This document shows positions 45,737-54,795 of a DNA stretch of 64,000 nt, in pieces. The translations under genes and the position numbers were made by a program. Each line of letters opens with the position of its first letter. Within the stretch, counting starts at the first letter, position 1. The notes beneath the pieces were generated by a model that saw only the letters and a list, made by a program, of their open reading frames with translations, was not told the DNA's origin and did no database searches. Origin of the DNA: Planctomycetaceae bacterium (GTDB lineage: Bacteria; Planctomycetota; Planctomycetia; Planctomycetales; Planctomycetaceae); contig JAWXBB010000103.1 of the NCBI GenBank assembly GCA_034439795.1, positions 7,423-71,422 on the forward strand. Reading direction: 5' to 3'.

Positions 45737-47376
45737 GGCAACATCTCATCCTGCGACGCGATCACCTCGGAAGCCGCCGGCCGCTGATACAGCCGGGCCA
45801 CTCCTTCCACGTCCGGGCCGATCAAGTCGATCAAAGTTTGCGGAAACAGGCCGAGGTACAGGCACATCGCCGCGAGCGGCGCGAGCGTCAGGACCTCGCG
45901 CGGGTTGAGGTCCGGAATGTCCTCGGCGTGATGTCCGTCGTGGTGCGGCTCCTTCAGCGGCCCGAAGAACGCCTGTTGCAGCATCCCCAGCAGATACCAC
46001 GCCCCCAGCACCACGCCGGCGGCTCCGATCGCCGAATAGACGATGCCGTTCATCTGCGGCGTCTGCACCTTGAACATGCCCGCGAGCGCCAGCACTTCGC
46101 CGACGAACCCGTTGAGGCCCGGCAGGCCGATGCTGGCGAACGAGATGAACACCATCAAGACGCCCAGCCGGGGGAGCTTCGACGCCAGCCCGCCGAGGTC
46201 GCTCAGCATGCGAGTGTGATACCGTTCGTAGAACATCCCCACGAGACAGAACAAGGCTCCCGTCGAGAGGCCGTGATTGATCATCTGCAGCACGCCGCCG
46301 GTGATCCCCTCGGTGTTGAGCGCGAACAGCCCCAGCATGCAGAAACCGAGGTGCGCGACCGAACTGTAGGCGACCATTTTCTTGATGTCGTTCTGCGCGA
46401 GCGCGCAGAACGAGCCGTAGACGATGCCGATCACGGACAGCGCCGCGATGAGCGGCATGCCCGTCTGCTCGCAGCCGGCGGGCAACATCGGCAGACAGAG
46501 CCGCAGGAAGCCGTACGAGCCGAGCTTCAGCAGCACGCCCGCCAGCAGCACCGAGCCGGCCGTCGGGGCCTCCACGTGCGCCAGCGGCAACCACGTGTGG
46601 AACGGAAACAACGGCACCTTGACCATGAACCCGGCCGCGATCGCCAGGAACAGCGTGGACTGCATCTCGGGCAGCAGCGGGTTCGCCTCGAGCGCGATCG
46701 CCAGATCGGGAATCGAGAACGGCGTCGCCAACCCGGTCCGGTTGTAGACCGTGATCACCAGCGACACCAGCCCCAGCAGCGTGATCAGGCTGCCGGCCAG
46801 CGTATAGATGAAGAACTTGCCCGCCGCATACTTTCGCAGCGGTCCGCCCCACAGGCCGACCAGAAAGTACAGCGGAATCAGCGTGAACTCGAAGAACACG
46901 TAGAACAGCATCAGGTCGAACGCGCAGAACACGCCGATCAGGCCGGTCTCCAGAATGAGCAATGCGGCGTAGAACTCGGCGGCCCGGTCGGTGATCGCCG
47001 TCCACGACACCAGCACCGACGAGACGCACAGCAGCGTGGTCAGCAGAATCAGCGACAGGCTGATGCCGTCGATGCCGAGATAGAACTCCAGTCGCACCGG
47101 TTCGCCCGCGGCGTTGGTCCCCAGCGTCAGCCACGGCTGCCGCAGCTCCATGCGCGGCTCGATGGGATTGCGAGCTTCGGGCGAAATCTCCGGGAGCGCG
47201 ACGAACTGCGAGGCTAGCCCCCACGAGACCCCCAGCGTGGCCAGCGTCGCCAGCAAAGCGACCGACCGCGCCCGCTCGGCCGGCGCCTTGGGGTCGAGCA
47301 GGAGCAGCAGCACCGCCGCCGCGAGCGGCAACAGAATCGTGATGATGAGCAAACTGGACATGTCTGAATGGATCAC
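45733..47376 (-). CDS. nuoM: NADH-quinone oxidoreductase subunit M
   Basis: 547-aa antiporter-like subunit (GTG 47376; alternative ATG 47361). Conserved FMVKVPLFPFHTWLP motif. Confidence 0.9.
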   Translation of the reverse strand: MIHSDMSSLLIITILLPLAAAVLLLLLDPKAPAERARSVALLATLATLGVSWGLASQFVALPEISPEARNPIEPRMELRQPWLTLGTNAAGEPVRLEFYLGIDGISLSLILLTTLLCVSSVLVSWTAITDRAAEFYAALLILETGLIGVFCAFDLMLFYVFFEFTLIPLYFLVGLWGGPLRKYAAGKFFIYTLAGSLITLLGLVSLVITVYNRTGLATPFSIPDLAIALEANPLLPEMQSTLFLAIAAGFMVKVPLFPFHTWLPLAHVEAPTAGSVLLAGVLLKLGSYGFLRLCLPMLPAGCEQTGMPLIAALSVIGIVYGSFCALAQNDIKKMVAYSSVAHLGFCMLGLFALNTEGITGGVLQMINHGLSTGALFCLVGMFYERYHTRMLSDLGGLASKLPRLGVLMVFISFASIGLPGLNGFVGEVLALAGMFKVQTPQMNGIVYSAIGAAGVVLGAWYLLGMLQQAFFGPLKEPHHDGHHAEDIPDLNPREVLTLAPLAAMCLYLGLFPQTLIDLIGPDVEGVARLYQRPAASEVIASQDEMLP

Positions 47377-47389
47377 CCGTTAACGGATG

Positions 47390-47411
47390 CCCAGGGATTG
47401 CTATCCCTTGG
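47390..47411. repeat. GGGAT-NNCT-ATCCC hairpin, nuoL-nuoM junction
   Basis: CCCAGGGAT TGCT ATCCCTTGG (one mismatch). Confidence 0.7.
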
Positions 47412-47416
47412 CTTCT

Positions 47417-49501
47417 TTACCCAGCGAACGTCCGCAGCATCCACAACAGGCTCGCGGCGACGCCGAGCAGCATGATGAACGCATAATTCTGCACCAGCCC
47501 GTTCTGGAACGGCCGCAATGTCGAGCTGACCAGATTGGGCACCAACGCGATCGCATCGACCAGCCGGTCGATCACGCCGCGATCGAAGTCTTCGCAAAGT
47601 TTCGACAGCATCTGCAACGGCCGCACGACGACGGCCAGATACAACTGATCGAGGTACAGCCCATTGTACGACAATGCCTGCAGCGGATTGAGCGGGGCGT
47701 CCGGCAACGGGGCCGTCGCACCGCGGCCGTAGACCATCCACGCGGCGGCGATGCCCCCCAGCGCGAGCAGGATGCTGACCCCCATCATCAGCCAGTCGAT
47801 CCCGTGAGCCGGCGCGCCGGGCAGCCCCGGCGTGTGATGCAGGTAGCCGGCGTAAAGGTGCGTCGGGCCGGTGACCAGGCCGATGAACACCGCGCAGAAC
47901 GCCAGGACGCACAGCGGCCCGGCCATCGCCGGCGGGGCGTCGTGCGGATGATGGCCCGCCTCTTCCGGAAACCGCTCCGGACCGTGGAACGTCAGGAAGT
48001 ACGCGCGGAACGTGTAGAACGCCGTCATCAACGAGGTCAGCAACGCGACCGCCAGAATGATCGTGAAGAAGCCGCCGTGCTCGTGCGACCGGCTCGCTGC
48101 GTGCAGCACGCTGATGATCTCGTCCTTGCTCCAGAACCCGGCCATCAGCGGAAAGCCCGCCAATGCCAGCGACCCGGCGAGGAACGTGCGGTGCGTGATC
48201 GGCAAAGCGTCCTTCAGCCCGCTGAACCGCCGCATGTCGATCACGTCCCCCATCGCGTGCATCACGCTCCCCGCCGACAGGAACAGCACCGCCTTGAAGA
48301 AGGCGTGCGTGAACATGTGGAACATCGCGAACGTGACCGCCGGCTGCATCAGATGGCCGGGATCGGCCGCCCCCGCGCCGAGCGACATGAACATGTAGCC
48401 GAGCTGGCTGACCGTCGAGTACGCCAGCACCCGCTTCAGGTCGTACTGCGTGAGGGCCGTGATCGCGGCGATGAGCGCGGTCGCCGCCCCGACCCCCGAC
48501 ACCACCAGTTGCGCCGTCGGAGCGTGGACGAAGAACGGCGTGCAGCGGGCCACGAGGTACACGCCCGCGGTCACCATCGTGGCCGCATGGATCAGCGCAC
48601 TGACCGGCGTCGGGCCTTCCATCGCGTCCGGCAACCAGACGTGCAGCGGGAACTGCGCCGACTTGCCGACCGCGCCCACGAACAGCAGCAGGCAGATCGT
48701 AGTCATCAAGTCGGGCTGCTCGTGCACGATGTGAGCGAGCATCCCGCTGGACTCGAATAGGAGATCGAAATCGAGCGTGCCGAACGTGGTCCACGTCAGG
48801 AAGATGCCCATCATCAGCCCGAAGTCGCCGATGCGGTTGACGACGAAGGCCTTCTTCGCCGCCGCGGCCGCGCTCGGCTTGCGGAACCAGAACCCGATCA
48901 GCAGGTAGCTGCACAGGCCGACCGCCTCCCAGAACACGAACAGCAGCAGGAAGTTCCCCGCCAGCACCAGCATGCACATCGAGAACACGAACAAGGCAAT
49001 CTCGGCGAAGAACCGCGGATAACCCGGATCGCCGTGCATGTATCCCGACGCGAAGATCGCGACCAGGAGGCTGACCGTGGTGACCATCACCAGCATCAGC
49101 GCCGCCATCGCGTCGGCCCGCAACTGGACCGGGATGTTCAACATCCCGACGCGGAACCACTCGTAGACCACAAACTTGACCGCGCCGCCCGGCGGCCCGG
49201 CAACCGCGGCGTGCTCGTCGTGCGTCTCGGCGGCTTCCGCGGCGGGGGACAGCGCGGGATCGAACGTCTTCGGCACGACGGCGAACAGCAGGTAATACGC
49301 CGCGAGGCACGACACGACAAGCGACAGCACCACCGGCCGATGCGCTTTTTCGCGGCGGAAAAACTGCCCGGCGACGACAATCCACAGACACGCCAACAGC
49401 GGCGCGGCCGGAATGATCCAGAGGACGTTGTCGTTCAGAAAGTCGAACAAGGGGAGAGTCCGGATGCAGTTTGTGATTAGAGGGAATTCGTCATTCGTCA
49501 T
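47417..49501 (-). CDS. nuoL: NADH-quinone oxidoreductase subunit L
   Basis: 694-aa antiporter-like subunit with C-terminal lateral-helix extension. GKSAQFPLHVWLPDAMEGPTPVSALIHAATMV. Confidence 0.9.
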   Translation of the reverse strand: MTNDEFPLITNCIRTLPLFDFLNDNVLWIIPAAPLLACLWIVVAGQFFRREKAHRPVVLSLVVSCLAAYYLLFAVVPKTFDPALSPAAEAAETHDEHAAVAGPPGGAVKFVVYEWFRVGMLNIPVQLRADAMAALMLVMVTTVSLLVAIFASGYMHGDPGYPRFFAEIALFVFSMCMLVLAGNFLLLFVFWEAVGLCSYLLIGFWFRKPSAAAAAKKAFVVNRIGDFGLMMGIFLTWTTFGTLDFDLLFESSGMLAHIVHEQPDLMTTICLLLFVGAVGKSAQFPLHVWLPDAMEGPTPVSALIHAATMVTAGVYLVARCTPFFVHAPTAQLVVSGVGAATALIAAITALTQYDLKRVLAYSTVSQLGYMFMSLGAGAADPGHLMQPAVTFAMFHMFTHAFFKAVLFLSAGSVMHAMGDVIDMRRFSGLKDALPITHRTFLAGSLALAGFPLMAGFWSKDEIISVLHAASRSHEHGGFFTIILAVALLTSLMTAFYTFRAYFLTFHGPERFPEEAGHHPHDAPPAMAGPLCVLAFCAVFIGLVTGPTHLYAGYLHHTPGLPGAPAHGIDWLMMGVSILLALGGIAAAWMVYGRGATAPLPDAPLNPLQALSYNGLYLDQLYLAVVVRPLQMLSKLCEDFDRGVIDRLVDAIALVPNLVSSTLRPFQNGLVQNYAFIMLLGVAASLLWMLRTFAG

Positions 49502-49563
49502 CGGGTCATTACAGAGCGGTCCGAGAAGTTTTCAGATTCCAACTTGTTGACAGTTGGGATTTA

Positions 49564-49645
49564 GGGTGCCACGGGCACGGCTTTGCGTGCCCGTGTCTTC
49601 GTCGCCATCACAGCACGGGCACGCAAAGCCGTGCCCGTGGCACCC
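49564..49645. repeat. 82-bp palindrome between nuoL and nuoK
   Basis: Perfect 32-nt arms GGGTGCCACGGGCACGGCTTTGCGTGCCCGTG / CACGGGCACGCAAAGCCGTGCCCGTGGCACCC. Each arm is itself a hairpin (CACGGGCACG ... CGTGCCCGTG). Confidence 0.85.
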
Positions 49646-49730
49646 CTGAAATCTGGGAATTGTCATCGAATAGTCTCTCAGTCGCGATTAGTGACCTCGT
49701 CTGTTGTCGACCACCAACGACAACTCCCCC

Positions 49731-50156
49731 TCACGCTTTCGTCAGATGTTTCGGGCCGGCGGGCATGGCGCCCGCGGGGGTCAGATGCGGCAGGTCGGCG
49801 GGCGGCAGCGGGTGCGACGGCGGCGCGGATTCATCGACGAGCCGCGGCAGGTCGGGTTCGCCGAGGTTGCTCCACAGTTGCACGTCCAGCGATTTCCGCC
49901 GCTGATACAGCGTGAGAATCAGCGCCAGCGACAGCCCGGCTTCGCACGCGGCGATCGTCAGCACGAAGATCGTGAAGACCTGCCCCGACGAGTTGTGGTG
50001 GTACGCGCCGAACGCCGTGAGATTGATCGACACGCCGTGGAGCATCATCTCCGCGGACAGCATCATCAGAATCAGGTTGCGGCGGGTGAGGAAGCCGATG
50101 GCGCCGAGCGCGAACAGAATCGCCCCGACGGCCAACTGGCCCTGCAGCTCGATCAT
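49731..50156 (-). CDS. nuoK: NADH-quinone oxidoreductase subunit K with approx 40-aa Pro-rich C-terminal extension
   Basis: ORF 49731..50993 trimmed to ATG 50156 (MIELQGQLAVGAILFALGAIGFLTRRNLILMMLSAEMMLHGV). ATGA overlap with the nuoJ stop. Confidence 0.85.
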   Translation of the reverse strand: MIELQGQLAVGAILFALGAIGFLTRRNLILMMLSAEMMLHGVSINLTAFGAYHHNSSGQVFTIFVLTIAACEAGLSLALILTLYQRRKSLDVQLWSNLGEPDLPRLVDESAPPSHPLPPADLPHLTPAGAMPAGPKHLTKA

Positions 50157-50905
50157 AAATGTCCCTGCGACCTCCGGGGAGCGATGGCGATCGCTCCGAT
50201 GGTGGCGATGAGCAGCACCGCGCCGGCCAGCTCGACCGCGAACAAATAATCTCCGAACAGCGACCGGCCGACGCCGTTCAGCGAACCCATGTCCCCCAGT
50301 CGCGGTCTGCTCAGCGGATTGGATTCGACCTCGTGCGGAGGCAAGGCGAAGGCCGCCGGGCGCGCCGCGTAAGCCTCCGGCTTCTGATCGATGCCGCCCC
50401 ATTGCTGCAATGTGTACAGCAACGCGCCCATCAGCAGGAACCCGCTGATCGTCCCCAGCACCGGCTGGTAGGCGACGCTGTCGCACCCCCCGGTTCCCCC
50501 CTGGTGGGCCAGCATGATGACGAACAGGAAGGTGACCACGATCGCCCCGGCATAGACGATGACTGTCGCCACCGACAGAAACGGGGCCGAGTTCAACAGG
50601 AACAGCCCGCACGTGCTGAGCGTGACCAGCGCGAACCACAGCGCGGCATACACCGGGTTGCGGTCGGTGATCATCATCGCCCCGCAGACGATGGCCCCCC
50701 CCCCGAACAGATAGAACAGCCCGTCGCGCAGCCATTCGCCGGTGGGGGGCGCGAGCCGGCCGAGAATCGCCAGCACGGCCGCCAGCCCGCACATTCCGCC
50801 GAGCACCCACGCGCGGTTTCCCTGACGCGGCAGCAGCGTCCAGATGGCGACCGCGCCGAGCGCGACCGGGGCCAGGACGCCTGCATGTTGGGTCAGGGAA
50901 TTCAT
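50153..50905 (-). CDS. nuoJ: NADH-quinone oxidoreductase subunit J
   Basis: 250-aa membrane protein in the canonical position between nuoI and nuoK. NPVYAALWFALVTLSTCGLFLLLNSAPFLSVATVIVYAGAI-type core. Confidence 0.85.
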   Translation of the reverse strand: MNSLTQHAGVLAPVALGAVAIWTLLPRQGNRAWVLGGMCGLAAVLAILGRLAPPTGEWLRDGLFYLFGGGAIVCGAMMITDRNPVYAALWFALVTLSTCGLFLLNSAPFLSVATVIVYAGAIVVTFLFVIMLAHQGGTGGCDSVAYQPVLGTISGFLLMGALLYTLQQWGGIDQKPEAYAARPAAFALPPHEVESNPLSRPRLGDMGSLNGVGRSLFGDYLFAVELAGAVLLIATIGAIAIAPRRSQGHL

Positions 50906-51034
50906 CGGTCGGCCGGACTTTCCTGGTGGGTCGACGGAGGAAAGCCCGTCGATTTTCGCTCAGTTTGTACCGTGGTTTCCGGGTCGGCGTCAAAGCCGCG
51001 GACTAGCGGAGGTCCGCCGGTTTTGACTTCAGGA

Positions 51035-51682
51035 TCAGCGGGAAATCACCCCCGAGCTGACGCCCTTGGCGGCCCGGTCGTCGGGATTCACCGCGGTCGC
51101 CGGTCCCAACGGGGGCAACGAGGTGAACTCCGACGTGCCGCTCAAGCGGCCGCGATGCGTCCGCACGGGGTCGAGTCCGCTGTCCTTGGTCTGGTCGTAA
51201 ACGGCGAGCAGTTTCTGTTTGTCGAACAGCATCTCTTCGCGGGTGAAGCCGGTCAGGTCGTAGATGTGCGTCAGCTCGATGGCGTCGCAGGGGCAGGCTT
51301 CTTCGCACATCCCGCAGTAGATGCACTTCAGCTCGTCGATCACGAAACTCGCCGGGTACTTGTCGCGGCCGTCCCACAACGGATCAGTCTTCGGGGCCTC
51401 GGCGGCGTCGATGGTGATGCACCGCGCCGGACACGCCGTCGCGCACATCATGCAGGCCACGCACTTCACCCGGCCGGCCTCGTCCCGGTTGAGCCGATGC
51501 ACGCCGCGGTAATTGAGCGGCAGCGTCGGCTTCTCCTCGGGATACTGCTCCGTCACCGTATGGCCGTCGATGTGGCTGGCGGTGACCGACAACCCCTGGA
51601 AGATCGCCGGGAGGAACGTCGCCTCCCAGAAATTCATCGGGGGCTGTTCCACCCACGTCACGTCGCTGGACGAGATCGTCAT
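51035..51682 (-). CDS. nuoI: NADH-quinone oxidoreductase subunit I (2x[4Fe-4S])
   Basis: Two ferredoxin motifs: CVACMMCATACP and CIYCGMCEEACP. Confidence 0.9.
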   Translation of the reverse strand: MTISSSDVTWVEQPPMNFWEATFLPAIFQGLSVTASHIDGHTVTEQYPEEKPTLPLNYRGVHRLNRDEAGRVKCVACMMCATACPARCITIDAAEAPKTDPLWDGRDKYPASFVIDELKCIYCGMCEEACPCDAIELTHIYDLTGFTREEMLFDKQKLLAVYDQTKDSGLDPVRTHRGRLSGTSEFTSLPPLGPATAVNPDDRAAKGVSSGVISR

Positions 51683-51704
51683 GATTCACACTCACTTCAG
51701 GAAG

Positions 51705-51726
51705 CCCAGGGATTGCTATCCCTGGG
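51705..51726. repeat. GGGAT-NNCT-ATCCC hairpin, nuoH-nuoI junction
   Basis: CCCAGGGAT TGCT ATCCCTGGG, a perfect 9-bp stem. The flanks GGAAG / CGTCTTC are shared with the copy at 52932. Confidence 0.8.
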
Positions 51727-51755
51727 CGTCTTCATTAACACTATTAATTCGCGAT

Positions 51756-52907
51756 TTAGTGATGCGCCGCGTGCGCCACCGCCACCGCCGCGACCTTTCG
51801 CCGACCGCTGCCTGGTTGCGTGCCCAGCACGCCCGCCGCGGCGAACAGGCCGAGCGACAGCGGGAACAGCCACAGTCGCGACACGCCGAACTCCAGCACG
51901 CACATCACCAGCACCACGTTGACGGTCGCGAGCGGAATGAGCACCTTCCACGCGAGGCCCATCAACTGATCGAACCGGAACCGCGGAATCGTCCACCGCA
52001 GCATCTGCACGAGCACCACGACGCAAAGCGCCTTCGTCACCAGCACGCCGAACTTCATAAACCACGGGCTGCCGACCTCGGCGATCACCGGGAAGTGCCA
52101 GCCGCCGAAGAACAGCACGCTGGTCAGGAAGCTGATCGTGATGACGTGCGTGTATTCGCCGAGGAAGAACATCGCGAACTTCATCGCCGAGTATTCCGTG
52201 TGGAACCCGCCCACCAGTTCCTGTTCGCACTCGGTGAGGTCGAACGGCAACCGATTCGATTCCGCCAAGGCGGCCGTGAAGAAAATCAGGCACGCCACCG
52301 GCTGATACCACACGTTCCAGCCGACGATCCCCTGCTCGGCCTGATACAGCAGGATCTTTTCGAGGCTCATGGTGTGATTGAGCAGCGCGATGCCGACGAT
52401 CGACATCCCCAGCGGGATTTCATAACTCACGATCTGCGCGCTGGCCCGCAGCGAGCCGAGGGCGCTGTATTTGCTGTTCGACGCCCAGCCGCCGAGGATG
52501 ATCGCGTACACCGTCAGGCTGCCGATGGCGAAAATGAACACGATCCCCAGATCGACGCCGGGGGCGATGATGAACGGGAACGCTCCCGGTTCGTGCGACA
52601 CCGGGCCGAAGGGCACCACGGCGAACGCCATCATCGTCGTGAACACCGAGATGCACGGCGCGAGCAGGTACAAAAACTTGTTGACGTGGTCCGGGATGAT
52701 GTCCTCTTTGAGCAGGAACTTGGCCCCGTCAGCGATCGGCTGCAAGAGTCCCATCGGCCCGACGCGGTTCGGACCCAGCCGGTCCTGCATCCACGCCGAC
52801 AGCTTCCGCTCCAGCAGAATGAGATACGAACACGCGCCGAGAATGCCTCCCAGCACGAGGACGATCGTCACGCCCGCCATCACCAGCGGGTTTTCTAACA
52901 ACTCCAT
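51756..52907 (-). CDS. nuoH: NADH-quinone oxidoreductase subunit H
   Basis: ORF 51756..52967 trimmed to ATG 52907 (MELLENPLVMAGV). LERKLSAWMQDRLGPNRVGPMGLLQP and ESNRLPFDLTECEQELVGGFHTEYS are hallmark NuoH/ND1 motifs. Confidence 0.9.
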   Translation of the reverse strand: MELLENPLVMAGVTIVLVLGGILGACSYLILLERKLSAWMQDRLGPNRVGPMGLLQPIADGAKFLLKEDIIPDHVNKFLYLLAPCISVFTTMMAFAVVPFGPVSHEPGAFPFIIAPGVDLGIVFIFAIGSLTVYAIILGGWASNSKYSALGSLRASAQIVSYEIPLGMSIVGIALLNHTMSLEKILLYQAEQGIVGWNVWYQPVACLIFFTAALAESNRLPFDLTECEQELVGGFHTEYSAMKFAMFFLGEYTHVITISFLTSVLFFGGWHFPVIAEVGSPWFMKFGVLVTKALCVVVLVQMLRWTIPRFRFDQLMGLAWKVLIPLATVNVVLVMCVLEFGVSRLWLFPLSLGLFAAAGVLGTQPGSGRRKVAAVAVAHAAHH

Positions 52908-52931
52908 CACGGATGTTGTCCCCTCAGGAAG

Positions 52932-52953
52932 CCCAGGGATTGCTATCCCTGGG
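52932..52953. repeat. GGGAT-NNCT-ATCCC hairpin, nuoG-nuoH junction
   Basis: Identical to the core at 51705..51726, including the flanks (AGGAAGCCCAGGGATTGCTATCCCTGGGCGTCTT). Confidence 0.8.
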
Positions 52954-52968
52954 CGTCTTTGTCTCACA

Positions 52969-54666
52969 TCACACCGGTTGCAATGTCTTCTCGGGCGCTG
53001 TTGCCGTCGCGTTCGCGCTCGTCAGCATCACGCCGTGATCTCCGAGGTCGCCGAGGATCAAGGGCGCGAACGCGACGATCTCGTTCGCGATCTCCTGCCG
53101 CACCGTCGAGGCTCGGAACAACCCGCCGCGGCCGGCGAGCTCCCACAAGATACGGCCGTCGGGCCTCGCGTCGCCCGGTCCCCGCAAGCCGCGGAAGATC
53201 GGTTGCGCGAGTCCCGCGTGATTCACGAACGTGCCGTCCTTCTCCGCCCAGGCCGCCCCGGCGAGCACGAAGTGGGCCGCATCGCTCAGCGGCGACTGCA
53301 ACAGATCCTGCACGATCAACAGCTTCATCTTCGCCGCGGCCTGCACGAACTCCGCCGGGAAGGCCGCTTCCGGATCGGCATTCAGCACGTACAGTCCGTC
53401 CAGTTGCCCCTGCGACAACCGCTGGGCGATCACCTCGAACGAGATCACCTCCCCCTGGAAATGCTGCAGCACCAGCTCCACGCCGCGGCGGTTGGGGGCT
53501 TTCTCGGCCCGAATCGTGAACTTGACGCCCTTGGCGTCCTTCGGAGGCGCGCCGGTGACCGACTTCGGATACTGATCGTCCCCGCCCACCGTCCGCACGG
53601 GACCAAGCGCGAGCGTGACCTCCGGCGACAACGCCTTCAACTGCTTCGCCAGCAGATACGCCTCTTCGACGGTACTCCACGGGGAGATCACGGCAGCGAA
53701 CTTCGCCGCCGCGGCCTTCACCACCGTAGCCAGTTCATCCAGCAATGCGGGCTGGATCGGCTCCCACAGCGTGCTGACGACCTGGCCGTCGCGGCGCTGC
53801 ACCGGCGTCGAGAGCCGCCGTTCCGATGCAACGTACTTCCAGCCGAAGCGGCCCTCATCGCACATGAAGTGCCCCTGCGCCTGCGGGTTGAACCGCGGCT
53901 TCAGGCGGTACAGCGTGTCGTTGTTCTGATCGACCGTGATGCTGCACCCCGTGCTGCAACCGGGGCAGACGCTGTTTTTCGACTTGAGCCACCAGACGCG
54001 CTGCTCGTACAGGAAGTCCTTGCTACACAGCGCGCCGACGGGACACAGATCGACGACGTTGCCGGCCAGTTTGTTGTTGCACGGCTCGCCGGGGAAGATG
54101 TCGATCTCCTCGTGCGACCCGCGGTTGATGACCAGCAATTCGGCGGTGCCCGAGATTTCGCGCGTGAACCGCACGCACCTTGTACACATGATGCAGCGGT
54201 CGGTGAACAGCGTGATCTGATCGCCGATGTAGTCCTTGTCCGGCTTGAGGTTCTTCGGCTCGTTGAGCCGGCTGTAACCGCGGCCGTAGCGGTAGCTGAA
54301 GTCCTGCAAGCCGCACTCGCCCGCCTGGTCGCAGACCGGGCAGTCGAGCGGATGATTGAGCAGCAGATACTCCAGCGTCGCCTTCTGGGCGTCCCTGACC
54401 TTCTGGCTGTTGGTGATGACGACCGAGCCGTCCTTCACCGGCGTCTGGCAGCCGGGAAACAGCTTCGGCTGCATCGCCGTGCTGCCGTCCGGCTTCTTGT
54501 CGCCGACCTCCACCAGGCACATCCGGCAACTGGCGACGACCGAGAGCGCCGGGTGATAGCAGTACGAGGGCACCTCGATCCCCGCGCGGGCCGCCGCCTC
54601 AATGCAGTTCAGCTTCTCGCCGGCGGCGATCTCGACGGGCTTGTCATTCACATAAACGGTGGGCAT
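52969..54666 (-). CDS. nuoG: NADH-quinone oxidoreductase subunit G (short form)
   Basis: ORF 52969..54723 trimmed to ATG 54666 (MPTVYVNDKPVEIAAGEKLN). 2Fe-2S and 4Fe-4S cysteine clusters: SYCYHPALSVVASCRMCLVEV, HPLDCPVCDQAGEC, CIMCTRCVRF. Confidence 0.85.
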   Translation of the reverse strand: MPTVYVNDKPVEIAAGEKLNCIEAAARAGIEVPSYCYHPALSVVASCRMCLVEVGDKKPDGSTAMQPKLFPGCQTPVKDGSVVITNSQKVRDAQKATLEYLLLNHPLDCPVCDQAGECGLQDFSYRYGRGYSRLNEPKNLKPDKDYIGDQITLFTDRCIMCTRCVRFTREISGTAELLVINRGSHEEIDIFPGEPCNNKLAGNVVDLCPVGALCSKDFLYEQRVWWLKSKNSVCPGCSTGCSITVDQNNDTLYRLKPRFNPQAQGHFMCDEGRFGWKYVASERRLSTPVQRRDGQVVSTLWEPIQPALLDELATVVKAAAAKFAAVISPWSTVEEAYLLAKQLKALSPEVTLALGPVRTVGGDDQYPKSVTGAPPKDAKGVKFTIRAEKAPNRRGVELVLQHFQGEVISFEVIAQRLSQGQLDGLYVLNADPEAAFPAEFVQAAAKMKLLIVQDLLQSPLSDAAHFVLAGAAWAEKDGTFVNHAGLAQPIFRGLRGPGDARPDGRILWELAGRGGLFRASTVRQEIANEIVAFAPLILGDLGDHGVMLTSANATATAPEKTLQPV

Positions 54667-54680
54667 GTATTCAATCCGGG

Positions 54681-54773
54681 GAAGAAAACCGCAAAGACGC
54701 GAAGGTCTCGAAGGAAAATCCAAGACATCTTTTTGACTTAAGCCTTCTTCGCGCCCTTTGAGTCTTTGTGGTT
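54681..54773. repeat. Palindromic element family D, copy 2 (nuoG-nuoF intercistronic)
   Basis: GAAGAAAACCGCAAAGACGCGAAGGTCTCGAAGGAAAA ... CCTTCTTCGCGCCCTTTGAGTCTTTGTGGTT. Arms related to the copy at 34827..34989. Confidence 0.7.
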
Positions 54774-54795
54774 AAACTGCTTTCAGCTCAAATAT

